From Porphyridium purpureum (lineage: Eukaryota), in the NCBI GenBank assembly GCA_008690995.1, contig VRMN01000006.1, forward strand, positions 620,001 through 684,000: 64,000 nt of DNA, read 5' to 3'. Shown here piece by piece: positions 22,217 to 32,800 of this stretch (the first letter of the stretch is position 1; the number at the start of each line of letters is the position of its first letter). Below the pieces are notes generated by a model that saw only the letters and a list, made by a program, of their open reading frames with translations, searched no databases and was not told where the DNA came from. Both the position numbers and the translations under genes were made by a program.

Positions 22217-23185
22217 ATGGCGTTCGTGAGCGCAGTGCAGGTTGACGCCGTAGGGCTTCGCGACTTGGGTGCGCGTCAAGTTGCGGCGCAATGGCGTGTG
22301 CTGCCGAAGCGCCGTGCGCAGAACGCGCTGCGCGTGCCGTGCATGGACGCGGCGCGTGCCAGTGGGATGTCGCTGCGCGAGGTTGGGATCGATAGGGTGC
22401 ACGACGCACTGAAACGCATTGGGCTGGGTTTGAATAGAGACATTGACCTGGATGCGCCGCCGTACACGAACGCGAGGGTGCTTCATCTCGAAACGCCGTC
22501 AAATGCAGACCTCATTTTGAGTTTTGAAGAGTTCCTGTCACCTGACGAGTGCGAGTTCATTATTGAGGAGGCCACCAGGCAGCACGACAAGCCGGGTGCA
22601 GAGGCAGACTTGTACCTTAATTACCGCGTCAATCGGGAGCTCGACGCGGGGGGCTATTCGAGCGAGGCAGACGCGCTGTCAAGCGACGAGGAGCTTTCTT
22701 CAGCCGAGCTTGAGACGTCCGCTGGCAGCGGGTTTCGCGTGCAGCTCAACCACGAGCTGGTCAAGCAGGTTGTGGTCCCCAAACTCATGCGCTTGTTCGG
22801 TATGGAGGAGCGCGCCGCCGACTTTAGCGAGTGCTTGAGTGTCAAGCCGGACCCACGCACGCTGGTCATTCGCGACTGCACCTGCGTGCTCTACAAGCTA
22901 GCTGAAGGCGTGGCGCCCCACGTTGACGGCAAGGACGCCACGCTGCTTGTCTACTTGTGCGATGGCCCCGAGCAAGGTGGTCATACCGTTTTCATTGATC
23001 AGGCGCTCTCGGTGCCTCCAACACGTGGCACGGCGCTGCTGTACATGAGCAAGACGCAGCTTCCGCACTACTCGCAGCGTGTTGGCGAGGGCACCAAATG
23101 GATCATGCAGCTACTGATCGACCACCGCGTCAGGCACGCCGGGCCTTACTTTGACCGCCGCACAGGCGAGGTGTTTACCAACTAG
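22217..23185 (+). CDS. 2OG-Fe(II) oxygenase (prolyl-4-hydroxylase-like), probably plastid-targeted
   Basis: FLSPDECEFII, HVD..ATLLVYL..GGHTVF..PHYS..VGEGTKW (HxD...H triad). N-terminus MAFVSAVQV resembles a plastid presequence. Confidence 0.8.
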   Translation: MAFVSAVQVDAVGLRDLGARQVAAQWRVLPKRRAQNALRVPCMDAARASGMSLREVGIDRVHDALKRIGLGLNRDIDLDAPPYTNARVLHLETPSNADLILSFEEFLSPDECEFIIEEATRQHDKPGAEADLYLNYRVNRELDAGGYSSEADALSSDEELSSAELETSAGSGFRVQLNHELVKQVVVPKLMRLFGMEERAADFSECLSVKPDPRTLVIRDCTCVLYKLAEGVAPHVDGKDATLLVYLCDGPEQGGHTVFIDQALSVPPTRGTALLYMSKTQLPHYSQRVGEGTKWIMQLLIDHRVRHAGPYFDRRTGEVFTN

Positions 23186-23253
23186 GCAAGATTCCTTTTC
23201 ATTTCCACAGGGAGATATGTTAAAAATGTGATAGTCAGCATCACAAACTGCGA

Positions 23254-24828
23254 TCATCCGACGTTACCGCCGCTGCGACTGCTGCCGGTGGGAGCTTCAT
23301 GACGGCTCGAATCTTGCAAATTGAGCGGTAGTGGCAGGGGAGACGGCTGTTTTCGCGCTGGTGGTACCGCGTTGCCCGAATCAAGATACGTTGCCTGCTC
23401 AGCGAATCGCGCTGTATTCGCCGGCGGCGGCGAGGTGGTTCCCTTGTCTTCACCTCGAGCTGTCACAGGACGCTCAGGTTGCCGCTGTTGCGGTGGCGAC
23501 TGCGGCCGAAGCAGACGCGGCGATCCTTCCTTGCTGAGCACGTTCAGGATTTGAAGCTCTACCGGTGTATCCGAGCTGTGGGACAGCGAACTCATATTCT
23601 CGTCGTCGCCGAGAGTAACATAGTCAAACGACATCAAGCCGGTGTCTGGCTTTTGCATGGTAGGCTTGGGCTGGCTCGCATCGGAGTGCTTGGTCCACGT
23701 GCGCTCCTCCACTACGTCGTGGCACACGCAGGTACAGTCATCACTGTCGCAGGTACCGCACAGGCACGATACGTCCTGCTCGCGGCTTGGCGGCCGGCCT
23801 AGCTTGCTTGCGTCCGATCCCGCGCGCCCAAACACAAATTCTAGCATGTCGCCCAAGTGGTCGCAAACCCACACCTCGACTACGCCGAGTTTGCGCTTCT
23901 CGCCGCGGTTTCGCTTCCGGCGTACAAGCTGCGCAGTGTGGTGCAAGTACAGCAGCATGGCGCCGAAGAAGAGCACGCCAGATGTCACTGCGGTCAGAAT
24001 AAACGACCAGCTATAATTCACCACCAGCACACCGTCGCGCCATGGAATCATCAGCGGGTTCTTGATGCGGTTCACGACTGAAGAATAAATAATCACAGCG
24101 CTCGCCATCAGCGCGGCCACCAGCATGAGCAACAGGGCCCCCACACGGGGCCGAAACGCGCCAAACAACACCGACAAAAAGTACACACCTAATCCCGTAT
24201 ACATCATGATGTGCGTATAGTATCCAGCGTAGCGGTAGTAGCGCAGCCACCGAATCTGCTCGCCGTCAATCGTAAAGTACTCTGCAATCTGCAGGATGGG
24301 GAGCGGCATCCCGCCAAATTGTGCGCGGCGCCACGTGCGCGCGACTGTGTTCCCCAGATCAGAAAACCCCACGCGCCCCTGGAACCATACGTTCCCGCGG
24401 CCCCACAAAAATTGCTCGTTATAGTTGATACGCTGTCCGAGCTGGTACTCGGGCTCGCCTAACATGGTAACGTTAAAGCCGCGCAGGCCAATCTTGATAC
24501 CGAGCGTCACCTCGACCTCGTGCGAGTCGTACCCCGCATACGGCGTGCGCGTCTGCACTTCGCCGTACTGCCAGTTGTAGGCAAAATTACAGAAGAGCAG
24601 CGTGAACATGATGTACACGCCGAAGAGCAGGCCAACCGTCTTGCGCACCGCGTCCGCCTTGCTTTCGAATGAAAAGATGGTGAACAAGCCTGCAATCGCA
24701 ATGGTTGCGCTTGCGACCGCCGCGCTAATCATCCACAAATCCAGACCTACTGCTGTCTTGTTTGGCCCATAGTAGGTAGGCCCGACGCCATCGCCGGGCA
24801 GTGTCTGCGGGACACATGTGTCCGCCAT
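23254..24828 (-). CDS. DUOXA: Dual oxidase maturation factor (DUOXA/NIP family) with a long C-terminal extension
   Basis: 5-TM pattern. LGIKIGLRGFNVTMLG, INYNEQFLW, GMPLPILQIAEYFTIDGEQIRWLRYYRYAGYYTH and YSWSFIL are hallmark DUOXA blocks. Confidence 0.92.
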   Translation of the reverse strand: MADTCVPQTLPGDGVGPTYYGPNKTAVGLDLWMISAAVASATIAIAGLFTIFSFESKADAVRKTVGLLFGVYIMFTLLFCNFAYNWQYGEVQTRTPYAGYDSHEVEVTLGIKIGLRGFNVTMLGEPEYQLGQRINYNEQFLWGRGNVWFQGRVGFSDLGNTVARTWRRAQFGGMPLPILQIAEYFTIDGEQIRWLRYYRYAGYYTHIMMYTGLGVYFLSVLFGAFRPRVGALLLMLVAALMASAVIIYSSVVNRIKNPLMIPWRDGVLVVNYSWSFILTAVTSGVLFFGAMLLYLHHTAQLVRRKRNRGEKRKLGVVEVWVCDHLGDMLEFVFGRAGSDASKLGRPPSREQDVSCLCGTCDSDDCTCVCHDVVEERTWTKHSDASQPKPTMQKPDTGLMSFDYVTLGDDENMSSLSHSSDTPVELQILNVLSKEGSPRLLRPQSPPQQRQPERPVTARGEDKGTTSPPPANTARFAEQATYLDSGNAVPPARKQPSPLPLPLNLQDSSRHEAPTGSSRSGGNVG

Positions 24829-25831
24829 CTAGCGCTCAACCCGGGCCGGTCGCCACAAGGTTTCCGCTGGCCTCACCCAATGCGCACGCCTCTCTTTGTC
24901 CAAAGTATCACACTCTCGCTCTTTTCAAACCTCGTTCTTCACGTACACACTTTGCTGCTTCGCTACGTCCTGATGTCCGCTACTGTGCGTAACCCCCCTT
25001 ACCGTGCTTAAGAGCCAACCCTCGCGAAAGCCCGCCGGCGGTCGGAGTGGAAAAGGAAAACCACCTCTGCACGCCCGCTACCGCACGCAGAATCGTCGCA
25101 CCGTTTCTCCCTCTCCCTCTCACGTGCACCGGGCCCACTAGCACTGACCCCGACGGACTGCTTTGAGGTGCACCGCGCGCGCACCCGCTCTCCACCAAAA
25201 TCCACTCGCGTCCGTGCGACACGCGTGCGTCTTCCACTCCACCCACCTCAACTTACACCGCTGCGCTTGCTCTCTGCCACGCTCGAGTGCCACACATATC
25301 CACGACCACGTCTTTACCACACGCGCGCATCCAGCCCTCCAGCGTTGCTACTGCCTCGTTCTCTTTCCCTTCATCGCTCGTTCGCTGTTCCCGCTTCCCG
25401 CGTCCCGCTTCCCTCTTCCCTCTTCCCGCGTGTTATTTTTGCCTGCTTGCTCAAACGTGCTGGCACGCCCACCGCGCTCCACCTATCCTTTGGCGCTCAT
25501 CCGCCTCAAATCTTACGCGGTCACGTCACGCCCTTTGAGCCTTCCCTCCGTTCCGCGCAGCGTGTCCGTGATCGTGTTCGTTCCCCCGTTCTCGCACCGC
25601 TCCGCTTGTTCCACGCCACATTCCCTTATCGGGATCGTCTTTTTCCATAGCCACAAATCCAACCCATCCCATTTAGTCACAACCCCCTCAAGTCAATTAA
25701 TTCACTTCATCGTTATTCCCCCGTCCCCCAAAATTCACATCGTTTCGTCACCCGACAGTCGCCCGCAAATGCATGATGCATGTGCCATGTGTATCATTGA
25801 AAGCTTACTCTAAATCAAACGCATCTTATGC

Positions 25832-25921
25832 ATGCCATGCATGCCATGCATGCCATGCATGCCATGCGTGCCATGTATGCCATGTATGCCATGTATGCCA
25901 TGTATGCCATGCATGTTATGC
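25832..25921. repeat. 9-bp tandem repeat (ATGCCATGY) x10
   Basis: Read directly: atgccatgc x4, gtgccatgt, atgccatgt x3, atgccatgc, atgttatgc. Confidence 0.95.
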
Positions 25922-26873
25922 ATGGTGTGTGTCCTTGAGCGTGAGCGTGTCTGGTTTGGGGGTGTCTTGCACACACGCGCGCTATTTTCGACACTGGTGC
26001 TTGATCCATCACCGCCACGCCGGATGGTGCTGGAAGCGGACAATAAGGTTGTGTGTGTGTGTGTGTGTTTTTCAGCGTGCGAACACTCAAAATAGATCGG
26101 TCTCGACGGCTTGTTCTTGCCCTTCTTGGGGTTTTTAGAGCGAAGAAAATACGAAGGCGGGTGTGTTTTGCTACGGAGCGGTCTATGTAAGCCTGTTGAA
26201 GAGGCGTGTTGGTCGTGGCAGATCTTCAGCGGATCGCCAAAACGCGCGTGTGCGGCAACGCGCTATTCCTTCGTTGATTGTCGTTGGTCCGTGTGGGTCG
26301 ACTTGATTTGTGGCTTGTTTTGAGGGTCGTGGTGGTGAACGTGGCGTGACGGTTGTGATGCGCCATGCCTCGCGTTCGGCGGTGTGTGTGTGTGTGTGTG
26401 TGCAAGTGCGTGCGAGCGCGGCAACGACGGCTTTTAGAGTGCACAAGTGCGCGGGTAAAGGTGGGCGCGGGAGACAGACGGCGGAGAGACGGAGAGAGGG
26501 GGAGGGAGGGAGAGAGAGGGAGAGAATCTGTGCTGTGTGATCGGTGTGGCGTGTCGCTCACTGAGTTATCGTGTCGAGCGTGAATGCTCGGCGTGCAGGC
26601 GGGGTGAGTTCGCAGTGGGGCGTTTGGGTTTGGCGACCGCGCAGCTGGGAAGGGAGAGAGCAAGGGCGTGTGCGCGAGCGAGAGTGCATGATATTGTCTC
26701 GCGCAGAGTTGATTGGGGGACGTGCACGTTCTCGTTAGACGCGAAGTGTGTGTGCGAGGTGTGGAGGGGGCTGGATTGGCAGGAAAGGTTGAGATTGCCG
26801 GCGCAGGGCGTGCCACGCGTTTCGGCATTGCGTGCGCGCGGTGGCACTGTATGGCAGCTGAGCGCGTGCCCAC

Positions 26874-29800
26874 ATGGACGCCTATTTCCGCGTGACGCTG
26901 CCGCGCAGTGCGGCCGGCGGCGTCAAGGATATTGACGATGAGGGCGTGTACCGAGACGAGGAGTTTGAGGAAGCCCAGTTCTTGGACCATGTCGAGCAAG
27001 GAACGCTCCGGGCGGTCTTGACGCAGCAGCGCATCAAGAAGCGCTTCTCAGCGGGCGGCGTGTTTGTGATCACGCTGCTGCTGATGGTCTCGATGCTGGG
27101 ACCCATGCTCCTCGTGCATACATCAATGTCCACGTCGCGCAAGCGCATGCACAGCTCCCATCTGACTGCGAAGCGCCTGTTGGCAACGCATAACAACAGC
27201 AGTCACGTGATGCGCAACGCGATGCTCGCGCGCCAGGGCGGTGGCCCCGAGACGAGCAACATTGAATGGACGCCTTGGGATGGCGCGTACAACAACATAG
27301 CTCACCCTGAGTACGGCGTCGTGGATGCCCGCATCACGCGCCCGTGTCTTCCACGCTACTCGGACGGCGCGTACCAACTGTCCAACCCAGACGGTCCGAA
27401 CCCGCGCACCGTGTCCGAGCTCGTGATGGGCGGCGACACGGGCCACGGCTCGCTCACGAACAAGACCGCGTTTCTCGTCTTTTTTGGGCAGCAGGTGGTC
27501 GAGGAAATTCTGGACGGGCAGGCTTTCCAGTCGGCTGAGCCCTACGTCAACATCCCCGTTCCGGCGTGTGACCCCTTGTACGACCCGGACTGTAAGGGGA
27601 ATTTGTTTATCCCGCTGCCGCGCAATCGCTACGACTTGAGTACGGGCAACGCGCCCGGCGTGCCGCGTGCGCAGCTCAACGAAATCAGTGCTTGGATCGA
27701 TGGCACGCTATTTTACGGACCGTTCAAAGCGTGGGCTGACACACTGCGCGCGCACGACGAGTCGCGACCGGGCCGCTTCGCGTGCTTGGTTGACGAGAAA
27801 TCAGGCGCAGAAAACTGCAATCTTCCGGCACTGAACACGATTGGTCTACCGATTGTGAATCCGCCGCCACCCACGCTGCGTGACGTGCGCTCCGCCGAGC
27901 GCTTTTTCCGGCTGGGAAACCCGCGCACCAACGAAAATCCCATGCTCCTGTCGTTTGCCGTGCTGTGGTTCCGCTACCACAATGTTGTGGCCGACCGTAT
28001 TCACGGACAGTATCCCGAGTACGATGATGAAGAGGTGTTTTTACTGGCGCGCCAGTGGCTCATCGCCGTGTACCAGAAGATTGTCTTTTACGACTGGCTC
28101 CCCGGATTTCTGGGGCTTAATCGGGATGAATTTATGGAGGAGTATCGCTACCGCGGGTATCGATCAGTCGATCCAGCCATTACACAAGAGTTCCAAGTCG
28201 CAGCGATGCGGTTCGGCCACACACTGGTGACGCCCGGAGCGTACCGACGTGACCTACACTCGTGCACCGCGGGTTCGTTCGAATCACTGCGTACGTGCAA
28301 CTCTTACTTCCGCGGCGAAGAAGTGCTGCTAGAAGACGACGGCCCCACGCGAATGCTGCTTGGACTGGCGTCTCAGCTTGCGGAGCGCGAGGACTCGACA
28401 ATCACTCCAGATTTGCGCGGCTTTGTGTTTGGCGTCGCGCTCGACGCTACGCGCCGCGACCTCATGGCCATTAACATCCAGCGTGCGCGCGAGCACGGCG
28501 TGGGTACGTACAACCAGGTGCGCGAATGCTTCGGTCTCCCGCGCGTGGAATCGTTTGACGACATTTCTTCACTCACGGAGAATGAGCTGTTCAACACTTG
28601 CACCGACGCGCAGGGCAATACAGGCGTAAACTGCATGAAGCTTGCCATTGAAGGCCTAAAGACGGCGTACGATAACGACATTGAAAAGTGCGACTTGTGG
28701 CCGTGCGGGCTGCTCGAGGTGAACGTGACGGGCCCGGGCCCGCTATTCCGCGCGATTCTCCTTGACCAGTTTCTCCGCATTCGCGATGGCGACCGCTTCT
28801 GGTTTGAAAATGACAAAGCCGAAGCGCCCATCAAGAAGATCATGACTCCGGCTCAGATCGACGAGATCTGGAACACGACCATTCGCGACGTGATGGTGGA
28901 GGCGCTGGAGCTGGATGACGATGTAGTGCTGCAGGAAAACCCGTTCAAGTATGATTCGTCGGTATGCGAACAGCCCTATCAGCTCAGCGAGTTTAATCTT
29001 GAGGACTGCTCGGCACCGTCGACGTACAACTGGTACCGTGGGAACGTGCCGCGCCGCGCCGCCCCGGCAATGTCGTCGAGTCGGCTGGGTCAGGAAGGAT
29101 GTGAACCGGACTCGCTGCGAAAAATTTTGTTCGGGTCGGAAGATGGGCCCGAGCATGATGACCGCCTGACTTTGGCTTCGCAAGACGATCAGTTGTCCAT
29201 GGAGCAGCGCGCTGCCGCGGCGGGCTGTCCCGTGTATAAGGCGAAAACAAAGCTCGCTCGACTTTTAATCATGCAGCAAGTGATGATGGAGCGCGTGAAG
29301 ACAGGCCTTGTGAAGCTCTCACCCAATGCAGGCTCGGTGCAGCGCTACGTAAATTATCTCAGCACAGATGAGTGCGGTTTCATCACGAACGCTGACTCGC
29401 TCGCGCAGCTGGCGTGGACCATCGCCGGCATCGTGATGTGGCTGATTCTGAACATGGTGCTGGTATACGGCATCGTTCACTGGATCCGACATCGCAAGCA
29501 ACTGCGCACTGCCGGCGGCCTTGCATTCAGCAAGAGTACCAAGCATATCCCGCTGGACATTGAGACAAATGTGAGTGCGCGAGCGTCATTGCGCGTCCAG
29601 GCTGCGTCTGCGAAAAGCATGTCGCGAGGCAAGCCACGACCCACCACGGGGTATGGATGCCTAATTTATCATTCCTTCACGGAGAACTCTAGCTTGAACG
29701 GCGTATCTGTGCAGCTGGGTGAGCCGGACCAGGCGCATTTGTTCTTGTTCGGGACTGACGGAATCGACCGAGGCAGCCTGGAGGACGGGCCACCGACCAG

Positions 29801-32800
29801 CAGTTTCAAGACTGGAAAAGACGTAGGCATGGGCGCGCGCACCAAGACTGAGCGCGCCTCGTGTGTGCCGCTAGAAGTCCGTGAGATTCTTAGCGGCGAC
29901 ATAACGATGATTTCGCCCGGCAACATTGAGGAGTTGCGATTGTTTGACAACTTCATCATGATCAAGTGCAAGATTGGCTCTGCTCGACTTTTTGAGTTTG
30001 AGTCGCCGGGCAAGGCGCGCACGGTAGCTCGAGAGTTGCTCAGTATCAAGGGCCTCAAGGCGCAGGAGGCAAACATGGCGACCTTGGAAGAGCTCGTTGA
30101 GGACTGCATGTCGCGGGCCGAGCGGCTAGATGAAATCAATTGGTTCTTCGAGAAGGTGAAGCGCGATATCCGAATCAAGTGCGAGCAGGATGCGAGCTAC
30201 AAGCGTACCCGCTCGGTCGCGGACGCCGCGAAAGACATCGCGGACAACCAGAGCCCCGACGAAATCCTTGCGGATAACCCAGATCTTGTGCACGATACCG
30301 TACACAAGGTCGCTGACTATAACATGTCGAAGCTCGTGTGGTACACAAACGAAGAACTTAAAAGCGACAGCATTCTCGGGGCCGAGCGCTACGGTGAGCC
30401 AAATTCAATGGGCTCGCCGAGGGAGTTCGCAGGCGCGGCAGCTGCGAGTCCACATCGAAACAAGGGCAAGCGAAGCACGCCCTCCTCACCGCGCCTGACT
30501 GCGGGTGGGTTTATTTCGCGACGTGCGGTTGCCAACGCGCTGAGTGGCGGGCTGTCGAAGAAGGGTGGCGTCACGGGGACGCGTTCGAAGTCCAAATGGG
30601 GCAGGTCCCAAGGACAGCACGGGTCAGAAAGTTCGCAGTTTTGGCGCAACCATTCTCGCCCGGATTACGCTGATGAGGACGATGTTGTTTTCACAAAGCA
30701 TGAGGTTGCAGCGGTGCTCCGCATCCACCCGTCGTCGTTTGTGTTATCGCGCATGTTCTACGAAGGCTCTCACACATTCAGCACGATCATTACGGCACGC
30801 CAGTTCCGCAGGGCTGTAGAAAATTTGGTGCTCGCTGGAGAGTCGCCTGGTCGCTTTTTGGCTGGACTTGCCATTGCACCAGGCGGGAACGATGAAATCG
30901 ACAAGGAATTGTTGATGGATATCGTGCGCGATCTGCAGGGCTCCGGGCTTGGGGCAGGAGGGATGTCCCTGGATGGCGACCAGACGGACGTTTTGGCGGT
31001 GCCGATGAGCCGTGTGGACGAGAAGATAATCTCCAAGTACATGAACGAGACGGACTCCCCAACTCTACCAATGGAACGCTTCGACAAGATGATTGAAGAA
31101 ATGCAGGAGAAGAAGTTGAAGTATCGCGCCGTGGGATGGCAAATGTACTTTAGGCAGACGAGACGGCGTGCGCAAGAAGACATGGCACGCGAAAACATGT
31201 CGAATGTCTCAGTCAAGCTGTACTCCTGGCGCGACAGCTTTGTGGATGTTTGCAAGGACCATCGGCTGGACATCTTCTGGGGTACAGCGTATGTGATCAC
31301 CGTGGCGCTCATCTTTTTGTACACATGGTGGTACTACTACTCGCTCCGGGAAGTGTACGGTTTGCGTGGAATTTTGACAGTTGGACTGTGCGTCACGCGG
31401 TCGTCGGCGTCGGTTGACATGTTTGTGTACAGTATCACGCTGTTGCCCATGTGCCGAAATCTGATTACATTTCTTCGCAGTACACGGCTGCATCAGTACG
31501 TGCCTTTTGATCGAGCATACGAATTTCATGTGATCACCGCGCTCACAGGCGAGTTCTTCACGGCGTTGCACGTCGTGGGACACTGTGTGAACTTTTACAA
31601 CATCACCACGCAGCGTTCAGGCGACTTGACCGGATACTTCCGCGCCGTCAACTGGAACTCAGACTTTGTGCCATCATTTGCATTTTGGATGTACGAGACG
31701 ATTACCGGCATGACGGGCCTCTTGCTTACGTTTGTAATTATCACCATGATGGTTTTCGCGGTCCCTCAGGTACGCTCCGCAAGCTTCCAGTTGTTCTGGG
31801 TGATACACCATGTGTGCTTCACCTTGCTATACACCATGATCGTGCTGCACGGCTCGTACGTTCTCGTGCAGAGGCCCATCTTCCATTTCTTTTTGCTGGG
31901 CCCGCTCATTATCTTCATTTTGGACAAGCTCTATACGTTTGCGCGGGAATCTGAGAAGCTTCAGATTGTGGATATGAAGTTACTGCCCAAAGGCGTGACG
32001 GCCATCTACGTCCGTGTCAGTCCGAGCTTTTCGTACACTTCGGGTCAGTGGGCGCGTCTCAAGCTTCCGGCTCTCGGTACGACTGAGTTCCATCCCATGA
32101 CGATCTCATCCGCGCCGCATGAGAGCTATTTATCCTTCCACGTTGCGGCGGTGGGTCCGTGGACGCGTGCAGTGCGCGAGCTGGCAACCGAGACGCAGGG
32201 CAAGCCCTTGTCACAGATGCCTACGATCCGCATCGATGGCCCGTATGGAGAGGGCCACCAAAACTGGATGCTGTACGACACAGTGCTGCTAGTGGGCGGC
32301 GGGATTGGCTGCACACCATTCGTGTCGGTGCTCAAGGATATCCTGCACCAAGTGCGGATCAAGGCTTTCCGCACCACCAAAGTCGTTGCAGTGTTCATTT
32401 GCAAGAATCTTCAGGACCTTGCGTGGATCACAAATGAGGTGAGCCAGCTCGAGAATAACGCACCAGCCGGATACCTGGAGCTTCTTTTCTTCCAGACCGG
32501 TCAGAAGCGCAGTGGCAAGGAGTCTTCTCTCGATGCGCAGAACTTGGCATTCGAGCAGGCGTTTCAGCGCCACGTCGAGTTCATTTCCCAGATCATGGCC
32601 AATCGCTCGTCGCTTGCGCGTGTCAAAGGTTTTGTGCTGGACGGTCGACCGCAATTTGACGAGTTGCTCCGGGACATCCAGGCGGACCGCAAGGCGAACG
32701 ACGAAATTTTAGAGTCTGGTTCGGGAGCGAGGCAAACTTCAGAGCTTGAGGTTGGCGTCTTTGCGTGCGGTAGTGCCTCCATGACGCTCGACCTCAAGCG

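Noticed and set aside
22217..23185. Idea that the P4H-like oxygenase is part of a DUOX matrix-cross-linking cluster
   Set aside because: Only adjacency supports it. The gene is convergent with DUOXA and its N-terminus looks plastid-targeted rather than secretory.
25773..26138. Cys/His/Met-rich ORFs (MPCMPC.., CHACHA..) resembling metallothionein
   Set aside because: They are translations of the 9-bp tandem repeat and GT microsatellite, open in several frames on both strands, with no independent coding evidence.
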